Shown here: positions 45,984 through 56,458 of the stretch, one piece after another
How positions within the stretch are numbered: the first letter of the stretch is position 1
Layout of the letters: each line of letters begins with the position of its first letter
Notes under the pieces: model-generated
Told to the model about the DNA's origin: nothing
Databases searched by the model: none
The model's input: only the letters and a program-made list of their open reading frames with translations
Position numbers and translations under genes: made by a program
Source of the DNA: an uncultured Clostridia bacterium
GTDB lineage: Bacteria; Bacillota; Clostridia; UBA1381
Direction of reading: 5' to 3'
DNA: 64,000 bases
NCBI GenBank assembly: GCA_947626075.1
Contig: CANQQW010000001.1
Span: 14,213-78,212, forward strand

Positions 45984-47126
45984 ATGGTTATAAAAAATAT
46001 TGCGGGCAAGATATTTGATTTTGTGAAGAACGAAACGGTTTTGTGCGCAGCATCTGTGCTTGCGGTAATATCGTCGTTTATTGTAAAGCCGGACGCAAAT
46101 TACTTGTCTTACATAGATTTTAGAACACTGGCGCTTTTGTTCTGTCTTATGTCGGTCATGGCGGGACTTCAAAAGACCGGCGTGTTTAGCGCGCTCGCGA
46201 AAATAATGTTAAAACGCGTACGAAGTACATCCGCGCTTACGTTTATACTTGTAATGCTTTGCTTTTTCTTCAGTATGCTCATAACTAACGACGTGGCGCT
46301 GATAACGTTTGTGCCGTTTGCGTTTACGGCGCTCGATATGCTTGATAAAGACGTGAGGGACAGACTTATTATACCCGTTGTGGCTATGCAGACCATAGCT
46401 GCCAATCTGGGCAGTATGCTTACTCCGATAGGAAATCCGCAGAACCTTTACCTGCACGGCGCTTCGGGAATGGGATTGTGTGAGTTTATAATGCTTATGC
46501 TGCCGTACGTAGCCGCATCGTTTGCGCTTCTCGCGATATGGATTTTATGCCGCCGCACGGGAAGAGCCTGCATACAAATACGCTTTTTGGGCGGCACTCG
46601 GGTGAGTGAGAAAAAGAAAATAATGGTTTACATTATCGCGTTTGTTATCTGTTTGCTTACCGTAGCGCGCGTTGTTGACTATCGTATTACGCTCGTTGCC
46701 GTGACAGCGCTTATTGCGGCGGCTGACTGCCGCATTTTTTCAAAAGTGGACTACACGCTTCTTCTGACGTTTGTCGCGTTTTTTGTTTTTATAGGGAACA
46801 TGGGACGCATACCCGTTTTTGAAAATTATATAAAGAACGTCATAGACGGACGGGAATGTATAAGGGGAGTTTTGGCAAGTCAGGTTATAAGCAACGTGCC
46901 TGCGGCGCTGCTGCTTTCCGGCTTTACCGACAATTTCAGACCGCTCATTGTGGGAGTAAATATAGGAGGACTGGGAACGCTGATAGCGTCTATGGCAAGC
47001 CTCATATCGTTTAAGCTTTTGGGACGCTGCGATAAAAAACTGTGCGGGAAATATATGGTATATTTTACCGTGTCCAATATACTTTTCCTTGCCGTTCTTC
47101 TCGCGCTGTATTATATTTTGATGTAA
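45984..47126 (+). CDS. ArsB/NhaD/citrate-type (SLC13-like) permease
   Basis: MLITNDVALITFVP, AANLGSMLTPIGNPQNLY, SNVPAALLL. Confidence 0.85.
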   Translation: MVIKNIAGKIFDFVKNETVLCAASVLAVISSFIVKPDANYLSYIDFRTLALLFCLMSVMAGLQKTGVFSALAKIMLKRVRSTSALTFILVMLCFFFSMLITNDVALITFVPFAFTALDMLDKDVRDRLIIPVVAMQTIAANLGSMLTPIGNPQNLYLHGASGMGLCEFIMLMLPYVAASFALLAIWILCRRTGRACIQIRFLGGTRVSEKKKIMVYIIAFVICLLTVARVVDYRITLVAVTALIAAADCRIFSKVDYTLLLTFVAFFVFIGNMGRIPVFENYIKNVIDGRECIRGVLASQVISNVPAALLLSGFTDNFRPLIVGVNIGGLGTLIASMASLISFKLLGRCDKKLCGKYMVYFTVSNILFLAVLLALYYILM

Positions 47127-47219
47127 AAGACGGTTTAAGAGGAATATATCGGAAATTTTTCTCATATAATGTTTGGTGGTTCAAAATCGGGATTTATACA
47201 ACAAGGAGGTATAATAGGT

Positions 47220-47543
47220 ATGGACGGTGAGGTTTTGTACGAGAGAATACAGACTGAGGAACGCCCGCTTATATTTCTTGACTACTACATTATAACCGAA
47301 AACATCTCGGCTGATTACTGTGATTTGAAATGCTACGGTATAAAAATACAGAAAACCGTAATATACGAAGGCGGCGGAAAAATTGTGGAAAGCAAACAGA
47401 TCAATAACGTATTCTACCGTTACAACGACGTGTTGGAATTTGTGAAGAAAATCATAGTCCGTTCGACGGAGCCGGCGAGGCTGAGGGACGCGGTGGAAAA
47501 TTATATTGCGGAGAGTATTGACAGAGCCAAAGAAAGCGCATAA
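47220..47543 (+). CDS. Conserved clostridial hypothetical protein
   Basis: RBS AAGGAGG before ATG 47220; YGIKI...P..L...VENY pattern. Confidence 0.7.
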   Translation: MDGEVLYERIQTEERPLIFLDYYIITENISADYCDLKCYGIKIQKTVIYEGGGKIVESKQINNVFYRYNDVLEFVKKIIVRSTEPARLRDAVENYIAESIDRAKESA

Positions 47544-47578
47544 AATATTGCCAAGGAAAAGAAAAGGATAAACGAACT

Positions 47579-48181
47579 ATGTACAAGGTTAAGGAAACGA
47601 TAGTAGTAGAGGGTATATACGACAAAATAAAGTTGTCGAGTTTTTTGGACGCGGTTATAATCGTTACGAACGGTTTCGGTGTATTCACGGACGGACGCAT
47701 AATAGACAGTATAAAGAAAATGGCGGACGAGACGGGCGTTGTAATTCTTACGGACTCCGACAGCGCGGGCTTTCGTATACGCGCGTACATAAAACAGTCG
47801 ATACCTAAAGGTAAGGTAAAGCACGCCTATATTCCTGAAACGCACGGTAAGGAAAAAAGAAAGAGAGAGGCGGGCAGGGAAGGACTTATAGGCGTTGAGG
47901 GCATAAAGGACGAAATTATACTTGACGCCCTGCGAAACGCCGGCTGCGTCATAGACGGCAGCGCTGCCGCCCCGAAAGAGGGACGCGCGATAACAAAAAC
48001 CGATTTATATAAGACGGGAATGTCGGGAGGAGAGAGAAGCCGAGAGAGGCGGCGTATACTTGCCGATTCTCTCGGTATTCCCATGAAAATATCGGCTAAT
48101 ATGCTGCTCGACATACTAAACCGCCTGCTTACATATGAGGAATTTTGTGAAATTGTACAAAACATAAACGAGCAAATTTGA
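47579..48181 (+). CDS. rnmV: Ribonuclease M5-like Toprim protein
   Basis: IVVEGIYDK, ILTDSDSAGFRIR, EGLIGVEG. Confidence 0.8.
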   Translation: MYKVKETIVVEGIYDKIKLSSFLDAVIIVTNGFGVFTDGRIIDSIKKMADETGVVILTDSDSAGFRIRAYIKQSIPKGKVKHAYIPETHGKEKRKREAGREGLIGVEGIKDEIILDALRNAGCVIDGSAAAPKEGRAITKTDLYKTGMSGGERSRERRRILADSLGIPMKISANMLLDILNRLLTYEEFCEIVQNINEQI

Positions 48182-48201
48182 TAAATTTGATAAAAAATAT
48201 A

Positions 48202-48230
48202 TTGACAAAGCTCATTAAATCAGGTAAACT
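48202..48230 (+). promoter_or_regulatory. ylxM-ffh promoter
   Basis: TTGACA, 17 bp, TAAACT. Confidence 0.65.
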
Positions 48231-48268
48231 ATTAGCTGTAAAATAAAAATGCTTTACAGGTGATGTAA

Positions 48269-48601
48269 GTGGCAAAAGATTTGAATGTGACGGTTTTGCT
48301 GGACGTGTACGGGCAGCTTCTCACGGAAAAGCAACGCTTCGCGATTGATATGTACTATAATGAGGATTTGTCGCTCGCGGAAATCGCGGAAGAAGCGGAT
48401 ATAAGCCGTCAGGGAGTAAGGGACTCAATAAAGCAGGGCGAAAAGCACCTTGCGGAGTTTGAGGAACAGTTGGGAATTGTGAAGCGTTTTCATAATATAA
48501 ATTCTCACATCGCCAAGCTTACCGAAATTTTGGACAAGTATGAATTTCAGGGTAAGGAAGAAGCGACGGAAATTATCGCTAAAATCTCAAGCGAATTATA
48601 A
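48269..48601 (+). CDS. ylxM: YlxM SRP-associated protein
   Basis: LLDVYGQLLTEKQ..YYNEDLSLAEIAE..ISRQGV; upstream of ffh. Confidence 0.93.
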   Translation: MAKDLNVTVLLDVYGQLLTEKQRFAIDMYYNEDLSLAEIAEEADISRQGVRDSIKQGEKHLAEFEEQLGIVKRFHNINSHIAKLTEILDKYEFQGKEEATEIIAKISSEL

Positions 48602-48630
48602 ATCGAATTTTATGAAAGGGGTCGGGCGTT

Positions 48631-49974
48631 ATGGCGTTTGAAAGTCTGGGCGATAAGCTTCAGGGCGTATTTAAAAAGCTCAGAGGCAAGGGCAAACTTA
48701 ACGAAAAAGACATAAAAGACGCAATGCGCGAGATAAAACTGGCTCTTTTGGAGGCTGACGTTAATTTCAAGGTTGTAAAGGAATTTGTAAGCACGGTGTC
48801 CGAGAAAGCGCTCGGACAGGAGATAATGGAGTCTTTGACTCCGGCGCAGCAGCTTGTAAAAATAGTAAACGACGAGCTTACCGAGATGATAGGCGGAGAA
48901 ACCGCTCGATTGGAATTCGCGTCCAAACCGCCGACTGTAATTATGATGTGCGGCTTGCAGGGCGCGGGTAAAACCACGGCTACGGGTAAGCTTGCGCTTA
49001 ACCTTTCAAAGCAGATGGGGAAACGCCCGCTCATGGTTGCGTGCGACGTGTACCGTCCCGCCGCGATAAAGCAGCTGGAGGTTCTCGGAAAACAGGTACA
49101 GATACCTGTATTTTCGATGGGTGACAGTGTAAGCCCGGTAAAAATAGCAAAGGAAGCGGTAGCTTACGCGGTAAAACACGGAAACGACCCGATTATACTT
49201 GATACTGCGGGACGGCTCCATATAGACGAGGAGCTTATGGACGAGCTTGCGGATATAAAGGCGGAGGTAAACCCTACCGAAATATTGCTTGTTGTTGACG
49301 CTATGACAGGTCAGGACGCGGTAAATGTGGCTAAAACCTTTAACGAGCAGCTTGACATTACGGGCGTTATACTGTCAAAGCTTGACGGCGACACGCGCGG
49401 CGGCGCGGCGCTGTCGGTAAAGCAGGTGACGGGCAAGCCGATAAAGTATGCGTCGGTGGGTGAAAAGCTTTCGGACTTGGAGCAGTTCCACCCTGACAGA
49501 ATGGCGTCGCGTATTCTCGGTATGGGCGATGTTCTGACGCTTATAGACAAGGCGCAGGAGGCTATAGACGAGAAAAAGGCGCAGGAGCTTGAAGCGAAGA
49601 TACGCAAACAGCAGTTTGACCTCGACGATTTCCTCGAACAGTTTCGTCAGATAAAGAAGATGGGCTCATTTTCGCAAATACTCGGTATGATGCCGGGTAT
49701 AGACAAGAAAATGCTTGAAGCTGTTGACACGGAGGAAAACGAAAAGAGAATGCTCCATATTGAGGCGATAATCCAGTCAATGACGGAGGAAGAACGCAGA
49801 AAACCGAATATTATCGGCGCGAGCCGTAAGGTGCGTATAGCCAAAGGCAGCGGCACGAGAGTACAGGATGTAAACCAGCTTTTGAAGCAGTTTGGCGAGA
49901 TGCAGAAAATGATGAAGCAGTTCACGAGCGGTAAGCAGTCAAGAATGTTGAAGAGATTGAGAAAAATGAGATAA
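48631..49974 (+). CDS. ffh: Signal recognition particle protein Ffh
   Basis: GLQGAGKTT, DTAGRL, KLDGD, RMASRILGMGD, M domain. Confidence 0.98.
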   Translation: MAFESLGDKLQGVFKKLRGKGKLNEKDIKDAMREIKLALLEADVNFKVVKEFVSTVSEKALGQEIMESLTPAQQLVKIVNDELTEMIGGETARLEFASKPPTVIMMCGLQGAGKTTATGKLALNLSKQMGKRPLMVACDVYRPAAIKQLEVLGKQVQIPVFSMGDSVSPVKIAKEAVAYAVKHGNDPIILDTAGRLHIDEELMDELADIKAEVNPTEILLVVDAMTGQDAVNVAKTFNEQLDITGVILSKLDGDTRGGAALSVKQVTGKPIKYASVGEKLSDLEQFHPDRMASRILGMGDVLTLIDKAQEAIDEKKAQELEAKIRKQQFDLDDFLEQFRQIKKMGSFSQILGMMPGIDKKMLEAVDTEENEKRMLHIEAIIQSMTEEERRKPNIIGASRKVRIAKGSGTRVQDVNQLLKQFGEMQKMMKQFTSGKQSRMLKRLRKMR

Positions 49975-49980
49975 TGCAGG

Positions 49981-50036
49981 GTAGGGTAATTAACTGCCCA
50001 AAAAGCATATCTTAGGGGGGCGAACCGCGTTCGCCC
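49981..50036 (+). repeat. Two REP-like GTAG palindromes
   Basis: GTAGGGTAATTAACTGCCC (49981-49999) and TAGGGGGCGAACCGCGTTCGCCCG (50013-50036). Confidence 0.5.
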
Positions 50037-50104
50037 GAGGCAAAGTTAATAAGGTATATTATATACTTTATATAAACCATAATCATGTATGGGAGGTGAA
50101 TAAC

Positions 50105-50347
50105 ATGGCGGTTAAAATCAGATTAAGAAGAATGGGCGCGAAGAAAACTCCTTTTTACAGAGTAGTTGTTGCGGATTCCAGATATCCGAGAAACGGAAGA
50201 TTTATTGAGGAAGTAGGCACATACAATCCTCTTACCGACCCCGCGACTGTTAATATTGACGCGGAAGCTGTAAAGAAGTGGATTTCTAACGGCGCTCAGC
50301 CGACGGATACTGTTAAGGCGCTTTTAAAGAAGTCTAACATTATCTAA
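50105..50347 (+). CDS. rpsP: 30S ribosomal protein S16
   Basis: [26 protein letters not shown]; RBS GGAGG. Confidence 0.98.
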   Translation: MAVKIRLRRMGAKKTPFYRVVVADSRYPRNGRFIEEVGTYNPLTDPATVNIDAEAVKKWISNGAQPTDTVKALLKKSNII

Positions 50348-50363
50348 TTAGGAGGGTAGGCTA

Positions 50364-50597
50364 ATGAAAGACGTATTGGAGATAATAGCCAAATCACTTG
50401 TTGACTATCCCGACGAGGTTGACGTTAAGGAGATACTGAACGACGACAATACGGTTACGCTTGAACTGAGAGTAGCCGAGAGCGATATGGGTAAGGTGAT
50501 TGGCAAGCAGGGCAGAATTGCGAAGGCGATAAGAACCGTTGTCAAGGCTGCCGCAAGCCGCGAAAATAAAAAAGCAGCGGTTGAAATCTTACAATAG
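50364..50597 (+). CDS. khpA: KH-domain RNA-binding protein KhpA/YlqC
   Basis: DMGKVIGKQGRIAKAIR; synteny. Confidence 0.95.
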   Translation: MKDVLEIIAKSLVDYPDEVDVKEILNDDNTVTLELRVAESDMGKVIGKQGRIAKAIRTVVKAAASRENKKAAVEILQ

Positions 50598-50658
50598 GAT
50601 AGGAGGGGCTTGCGTTTGTAAGCCCTTTTTGCGTATCCTTTAAAAGAAAGGAATAAAT

Positions 50659-51168
50659 ATGGATTTACTTGAAGTAGGTAAAATTGTTAATACGCACGGA
50701 TTGCGCGGCGAGGTCAAGGCTGTACCATGGACCGATTACCCGGAGGTCTTTGAGGATATAGAATACGTGTATGTCAAACGCGGCGGGGATGAAAAAAAGC
50801 TTACAATAGTGAATGTCAGATACCAAAAGAACAATCTGATATTGAAGATAGACGGCGTAGAGGATATAGATGAGGCTCAGAAATACAAAAATCTTATAAT
50901 GTACACGCCGCGTGAAATGCTTGGACCTCTTCCCGAGGGCGTACATTATATTGCCGACTTGATAGGTCTTGAAGTGGTCACCGAGGACGGCAGAAGCATC
51001 GGCACGATAGCCGACGTTTTCAATACCGGCAGTAATGATATATACGAGGTAAAACGCGAGGGAAAAAAGAATATGCTGCTTCCGGTCATAGACGAGGTGG
51101 TGCTTGACGTGGATACAGATTTGAGAAAGGTTACCGTCCGCATGATAGACGGTTTGGAGGATTTATAA
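50659..51168 (+). CDS. rimM: 16S rRNA processing protein RimM
   Basis: VGKIVNTHGLRGEVK, YIADLIGLEV, GSNDIY. Confidence 0.96.
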   Translation: MDLLEVGKIVNTHGLRGEVKAVPWTDYPEVFEDIEYVYVKRGGDEKKLTIVNVRYQKNNLILKIDGVEDIDEAQKYKNLIMYTPREMLGPLPEGVHYIADLIGLEVVTEDGRSIGTIADVFNTGSNDIYEVKREGKKNMLLPVIDEVVLDVDTDLRKVTVRMIDGLEDL

Positions 51169-51914
51169 TGAAGTTTGATGTGCTGACGTTGTTCCCCGCG
51201 ATGTTCGACGCGGTTTTGGGCGACAGTATTATAGGGCGCGCCCGTGAAAACGGACTGATTGAAATGAGCTTTACCGATATACGCGGCTTTTCCAAAAATA
51301 AGCACAGAAAGACCGACGATTACCCATATAGCGGCGGAGGCGGAATGTTGATGACACCGCAGCCGGTATACGATGCGTATATGTCTGTCGCGGACGGGCT
51401 TGACTATAAGCCGTTTACGGTATATATGTCGCCTCAGGGCAGGATATTCAATCAGTCCATAGCGGCACAGCTTGCAAAAAAGGAGCATATAGTGCTTTTG
51501 TGCGGTCATTACGAGGGCGTTGACCAAAGAGTAATTGACGAAATCTCGGATATGGAGCTGTCAATGGGTGATTTTGTGCTGACAGGCGGCGAAATACCGG
51601 CGATGGCTGTGATAGACGCGGTATCAAGACTGATTCCCGGTGTGCTTGCGTCCGAGGGGTCGTACAAAAACGAGTCGCATTACAGCGGACTGTTGGAGTA
51701 CCCGCAGTATACGCGTCCCGCCGAGTGGCACGGAATGAAAATACCCGATGTGCTTATATCGGGACACCATGCGAACATAGAAAAGTGGAAGCGCGAGCAA
51801 TCGCTTATCAACACGCTTTTAAAACGTCCCGATATGCTTGAGAAAGCCGCGCTTACCAAGGAAGATATTGAGTTTTTGGAAAAATACAAAAAGGAAAACG
51901 CAGCTATTCTTTAA
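51168..51914 (+). CDS. trmD: tRNA (m1G37) methyltransferase
   Basis: DDYPYSGGGGM, CGHYEGVDQR, SMGDFVLTGGE, YPQYTRP. Confidence 0.98.
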   Translation: MKFDVLTLFPAMFDAVLGDSIIGRARENGLIEMSFTDIRGFSKNKHRKTDDYPYSGGGGMLMTPQPVYDAYMSVADGLDYKPFTVYMSPQGRIFNQSIAAQLAKKEHIVLLCGHYEGVDQRVIDEISDMELSMGDFVLTGGEIPAMAVIDAVSRLIPGVLASEGSYKNESHYSGLLEYPQYTRPAEWHGMKIPDVLISGHHANIEKWKREQSLINTLLKRPDMLEKAALTKEDIEFLEKYKKENAAIL

Positions 51915-52587
51915 GCTCTTTCGCAAGACGTTCAAGACATTTTTTTTCTATCCTGCTGACGTAGCTGCGGCTTATACCGAGTATGTCGGCAATTTCCTTT
52001 TGCGTTTTTTTCTTCTGATTACCGAGTCCGTAGCGCCAGCAGATTATGTTTATCTCGTTGGGGCTGAGCGTTTTTTTCATAGCAGCGTACAGCTTCTGCG
52101 CTTCAAGCTTGCCGGAGATAATATCCGATATGTCGGCGTTGTCCGTTGTAAGCACATCTGAAAAGGTCATATTATTACCCTCACGGTCGGTGCCGATGCT
52201 TTCATCTATCGACACCTCATTTGAAAGCTTTCGCGAGCTGCGCATAAACATAAGCACTTCGTTTTCGATGCAGCGCGATATATAAGTGGAAAGCTTGCTG
52301 TTCTTTTTCGGATTAAATGTGTTTATACCCTTTATAAGACCGATTGTGCCGATTGAAATTAAATCTTCGAGATTTTTTTCGTCGGCGTATTTTTTTGCTA
52401 TATGCGCCACAAGACGCAGATTATGCTCGATAAGTATATTCTTGGCATTCTCGTTGCCAAGCGCGTACTCATCTATATATTTTTGCTCTTCCTCGGCTGT
52501 CAGCGGCTTAGGAAACGCCGCGTTGCCGCTGACGTATCCTGCCAGTATCAATACTGTTTGTACCCATTCAAACAATATGCCAAACAT
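51904..52587 (-). CDS. sigK: Sporulation sigma factor, SigK-like, uninterrupted
   Basis: Short pro-sequence, YVSGNAAFPKPLT, HNLRLVAHIAKKY, TQKEIADILGISRSYVSRIEKK; start from RBS AGGAGG. Confidence 0.85.
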   Translation of the reverse strand: MFGILFEWVQTVLILAGYVSGNAAFPKPLTAEEEQKYIDEYALGNENAKNILIEHNLRLVAHIAKKYADEKNLEDLISIGTIGLIKGINTFNPKKNSKLSTYISRCIENEVLMFMRSSRKLSNEVSIDESIGTDREGNNMTFSDVLTTDNADISDIISGKLEAQKLYAAMKKTLSPNEINIICWRYGLGNQKKKTQKEIADILGISRSYVSRIEKKCLERLAKELKE

Positions 52588-52841
52588 ACCAAAAACCTCC
52601 TTTTTACACATAATATGCCCTACAAGACGTACAATTTGCATACAAAAGTGTCCTTATTTTAGGCTTAATGAGATAAAAATACGGTTATAAAAGGAATTTC
52701 ATGGGTAAAATAAAAAGCATAATGACGCAAATTGTCTTTTTATTGTAATAGATATATAACGCGCCTGATATTGATTTGAAATGCAGAAGCATATATAATA
52801 TTCGTGTATAGGAAGAAAAAAATAATCGGAGGGTAAAATAT

Positions 52842-54092
52842 ATGATATGTAAAGAATGCGGCGCGCAAATTCCCGATAATGCAACCGAATGTGAATTTTG
52901 CGGCGCAAAAATAAAAGCCGACACAAACGATACATCTGTCAGCGCGGAAGATAATAGAAATAACGAGTTTACCGCTGACAGCGTGAGAAATACAGATGGA
53001 AGGCCTGAAGAAATTTTTGACGATAACGAAAAAAGACGGCGCGAGCAGATGCGGAGGATGATGGAGAATAAAAAGCAGCAGCTTTCCGAAATAGAGAAGC
53101 GCCGCGTGGAAAAAAGGCAGAGACAAAAGCGCAATCGTATTATGCTGGTGGGCGCGATATGCGCGGCGGCTGTCGCAGCCGCGGGAATAGGAACGTACTA
53201 TGTGGCGGAGAATGTAGGAGAAAAGGCGATTGTGGACGAAAGCCCCGTACCTACGGCAACAGCCGCGTCCACACCGGCGGCGTTTACTCCGGCGCCCTCG
53301 CCAACTGCGGCGCCTTCACCGCAGATATTCACCTCGCCCGCGCCCAACGATGCTTCGTCGGGTAGTCAGTCAACGCACTCATGGACTGCTTCCGGCTCAT
53401 CATCGAACGGCTCATCGTCGGGCGGCTCGTCAAACGCTTCAGCATCGGGCAAAAGCTCGTCAAACGGTTCTTCAAACGCTTCAGCATCGGGCAAAAGCTC
53501 ATCGGGAGGTTCGTCAAACGGCTCATCGAACAGCAAAGGCTCATCTTCCGGCGGCTCGTCATCACAGACCGTAAAGCCGAGCGGCAAATCATCAAATGCC
53601 ATCGCGTCTCAGCTTGCCACGGGCGGCGAGGTTCTGTACGATAATTCTACAGGTAAATACCTTATGACCTTTACGGTCGGCAGCACGAGATACTACGCGA
53701 ATGTGTCGCCGGGAAGCACAACGGAGCAGATACAGAACAAGCCGTACACCGTTACGGCGCAGCCGACTTCGCAGACATACGACGGAAACACGGTATACGA
53801 GATTACAGACCTTACGAACTATGAGGGCGACTATATTCTCGCTAATTCCGGCACAAAGCTGCTCACAAACAGTGATATAAAAGGTATGTCAAAGTACGAC
53901 CTTGCCCTTGCGCGTAACGAGATATACGCTCGTCACGGACGCAAGTTCCAAACTGCGGAGTACAACACATACTTCAGCGGCAAGTCATGGTACAAACTCA
54001 ACCCGAATTATAATTACAGCGACGATAACAGCAATCTGAACGAAACGGAAAGAAAGAATGTTCAGTTTATTTTGGACGCGGAAAGAAGATAA
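52842..54092 (+). CDS. Zinc-ribbon/TM/YARHG-domain membrane protein
   Basis: CKECG..CEFCG, one TM, Ser/Gly linker with a 42-bp internal duplication, LARNEIYARHGRKF. Confidence 0.88.
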   Translation: MICKECGAQIPDNATECEFCGAKIKADTNDTSVSAEDNRNNEFTADSVRNTDGRPEEIFDDNEKRRREQMRRMMENKKQQLSEIEKRRVEKRQRQKRNRIMLVGAICAAAVAAAGIGTYYVAENVGEKAIVDESPVPTATAASTPAAFTPAPSPTAAPSPQIFTSPAPNDASSGSQSTHSWTASGSSSNGSSSGGSSNASASGKSSSNGSSNASASGKSSSGGSSNGSSNSKGSSSGGSSSQTVKPSGKSSNAIASQLATGGEVLYDNSTGKYLMTFTVGSTRYYANVSPGSTTEQIQNKPYTVTAQPTSQTYDGNTVYEITDLTNYEGDYILANSGTKLLTNSDIKGMSKYDLALARNEIYARHGRKFQTAEYNTYFSGKSWYKLNPNYNYSDDNSNLNETERKNVQFILDAERR

Positions 54093-54099
54093 AATTACG

Positions 54100-54137
54100 G
54101 CGGCAGTCTTACCGATACGGCAAGGCTGCCGCTTTTT
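54100..54137 (+). terminator. Intrinsic terminator
   Basis: GCGGCAGTCTT / AAGGCTGCCGC followed by T5. Confidence 0.75.
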
Positions 54138-54202
54138 GCGAATAATATTGGCGCGCGATATTTACAATACTTAAAATTTATGCTAAAATAGGAATAGTAT
54201 GT

Positions 54203-56458
54203 ATGAAAGAGCAGGTGAGTATATTGAAAAAAGGAGCCAATATCCTTTTATCACTTATGCAGCTTAATATAGGCGGCGCGGAAACTCATGTGGTGGAGCT
54301 TGCCAAGGAGCTTAAAAGAAAGGGCTTTAACGTCATAGTGACGTCCAACGGCGGCGTTTACGTGAAAGAACTTGAAGAAAGCGGAATTAAGCACTACAGA
54401 GTACCGCTCCAGAATAAAAATCCGTTTAATATGATACGCGCGGCGCGTCTTTTGAAGAAAATTATTCAAGACGAGAACATAGACATAGTACACTCCCACG
54501 CGCGAATACCGTCGTTTATACTGGGTAAGCTTCATAAAAAAATGAAGTTTCCGTTCGTCACGACGGCGCACTGGGTATTTAATCTCGGCTACGGTCTTAA
54601 ATATATAACCGACTGGGGCGAAAAGACCGTGGCGGTATCCGAGGATATAAAAGAGTATCTTATGGACAACTACCATGTACCCGAGGGTGATATTAACGTT
54701 ACTATAAACGGTATAGACACGGATAAGTTTTCGCCGGATACCGATGCCGATGCGGTTATGCGCGAGCTTGGCATAAACGACAAGGACACAGTAATAACGT
54801 ATGTCAGCCGCCTTGACGATTCGAGAAGCCTTGTGGCGAAACAGCTTATATCAGTTGTGCCGGAGCTTGACAAAAAGATAAATAACCTGAAAGTTATAAT
54901 GGTAGGCGCGGGCAATGATTTTAACAACGTAAAAGCAATGGCAAAAAAGGCGAACGACACGCTCGGAAGAGAGGCGGTAATACTTACCGGCGCGAGAACG
55001 GATATAAATAAGCTGATAGCTCCATGCTCGCTGTTTGTGGGCGTAAGCCGCGCCGTGTTGGAGGCTATGGCGGCGCAAAAAAGCGTTATAATAGCCGGTA
55101 ACGAGGGATATATAGGACTGTTTGACGAAAGTAAATTACAGGTGGGTATAGACACCAATTTCTGCTGCCGCGGCTGTGAGATGCCGACGGAGGAAAGATT
55201 AAAAAACGATATACTGAAATTCTTTTCCCTTGACCAGTCGCAGCAATATAATCTCGGCGCTTACGGACGTGAGCTTATAAAGAAAGAATATTCGGTAAGC
55301 CGCATGGCGGACGACAGTATTAAGGTATATGACTGGGTGACGGAAAAACACAGAGAAATACTTATTTCCGGTTACTACGGCTTTAGGAACAGCGGTGACG
55401 ATGCGCTTCTGAAAGCAATTATCGAGGATTTGAAAATGCACAAGGAAAGCCCCAACATAGTGGTGTTGAGCGCCAATCCGCGAGAGACAATGAAAATCTA
55501 TCGAGTTAAGTCGATAAACCGAATAAACATACCGTCTGTAATGCGTCATATGAAAAATTCCGAAATGCTTATTTCGGGCGGCGGCACACTTATACAGGAC
55601 AGGACAAGCACCAAATCGCTGTGGTACTATCTTATGATAATATCAATAGCGCTAAGGAAGAATTTAAGAGTAATGCTGTATTCAAACGGTATAGGACCGC
55701 TTGAGAAAAAAATGAATATTAAAAAGACGCGGAAGATACTGAATAAGGTTGATTTGATAACGCTGCGAGACGAGCGCTCGTATAAAACGCTTCGTGAAAT
55801 AGGCGTGGACAATAAGAACGTCGCAATAACGGCGGATCCGGCGCTGGAGCTTGATATAGCCGACGAACAGCGCGGACGCGGTATACTAAACGGCGAGGGC
55901 GTACCCCAAGGTCAAAAGCTCCTCGGAGTGTCGATAAGACGCTGGCAGACTTTGGGCGCGGGCTTTGAGGACGCTGTTGCGGCGCTGTGCGACTACGCTT
56001 ATGAAAAGTACGGATACCATACGGTACTTATGCCGATGCAGTCAAGCCGCGATACGGCGATTTTACAGAATATAAAATACAGAATGAAGCACGGCGCGTC
56101 GATAATCGAAAAGCGTTACAGCGTAGAGGATACAATGTCGGTAATGAAGTGCTTTGACCTGTGCCTCGGTATGCGTCTGCATACGCTTATCTACGCGGTT
56201 ATAAACTCCGTACCGCTTATCGGTATAGCGTATGACCCGAAGATTTCAAGCTTTATGGAATACACTCACCAGACGCACTGCATAGACGTTGAGAATATGT
56301 CGTTTGAAAACCTGAGGGAGCTTTTTGAGGAGTGCGTTGAGCATTACGATGAAATTAAAAAGGATCTTGCGGAAAATTACGCCGCCCTTAAAGAGCAAGC
56401 ACGCCTCAACGGTAAATACGCGATTGAGCTTTACGAAAAAGGGAGTGTTAAACTGTGA
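54203..56458 (+). CDS. csaB: Fused GT4 glycosyltransferase and CsaB polysaccharide pyruvyltransferase
   Basis: N-half GGAETHV..VHSHAR..LEAMA; C-half ISGYYGFRNSGDDAL, ISGGGTLIQDRTS, GMRLHTLIYA. Confidence 0.88.
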   Translation: MKEQVSILKKGANILLSLMQLNIGGAETHVVELAKELKRKGFNVIVTSNGGVYVKELEESGIKHYRVPLQNKNPFNMIRAARLLKKIIQDENIDIVHSHARIPSFILGKLHKKMKFPFVTTAHWVFNLGYGLKYITDWGEKTVAVSEDIKEYLMDNYHVPEGDINVTINGIDTDKFSPDTDADAVMRELGINDKDTVITYVSRLDDSRSLVAKQLISVVPELDKKINNLKVIMVGAGNDFNNVKAMAKKANDTLGREAVILTGARTDINKLIAPCSLFVGVSRAVLEAMAAQKSVIIAGNEGYIGLFDESKLQVGIDTNFCCRGCEMPTEERLKNDILKFFSLDQSQQYNLGAYGRELIKKEYSVSRMADDSIKVYDWVTEKHREILISGYYGFRNSGDDALLKAIIEDLKMHKESPNIVVLSANPRETMKIYRVKSINRINIPSVMRHMKNSEMLISGGGTLIQDRTSTKSLWYYLMIISIALRKNLRVMLYSNGIGPLEKKMNIKKTRKILNKVDLITLRDERSYKTLREIGVDNKNVAITADPALELDIADEQRGRGILNGEGVPQGQKLLGVSIRRWQTLGAGFEDAVAALCDYAYEKYGYHTVLMPMQSSRDTAILQNIKYRMKHGASIIEKRYSVEDTMSVMKCFDLCLGMRLHTLIYAVINSVPLIGIAYDPKISSFMEYTHQTHCIDVENMSFENLRELFEECVEHYDEIKKDLAENYAALKEQARLNGKYAIELYEKGSVKL

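Noticed and set aside
51904-52587. skin-type interruption of sigK
   Set aside because: The ORF is continuous from pro-sequence to region 4, with no recombinase nearby.
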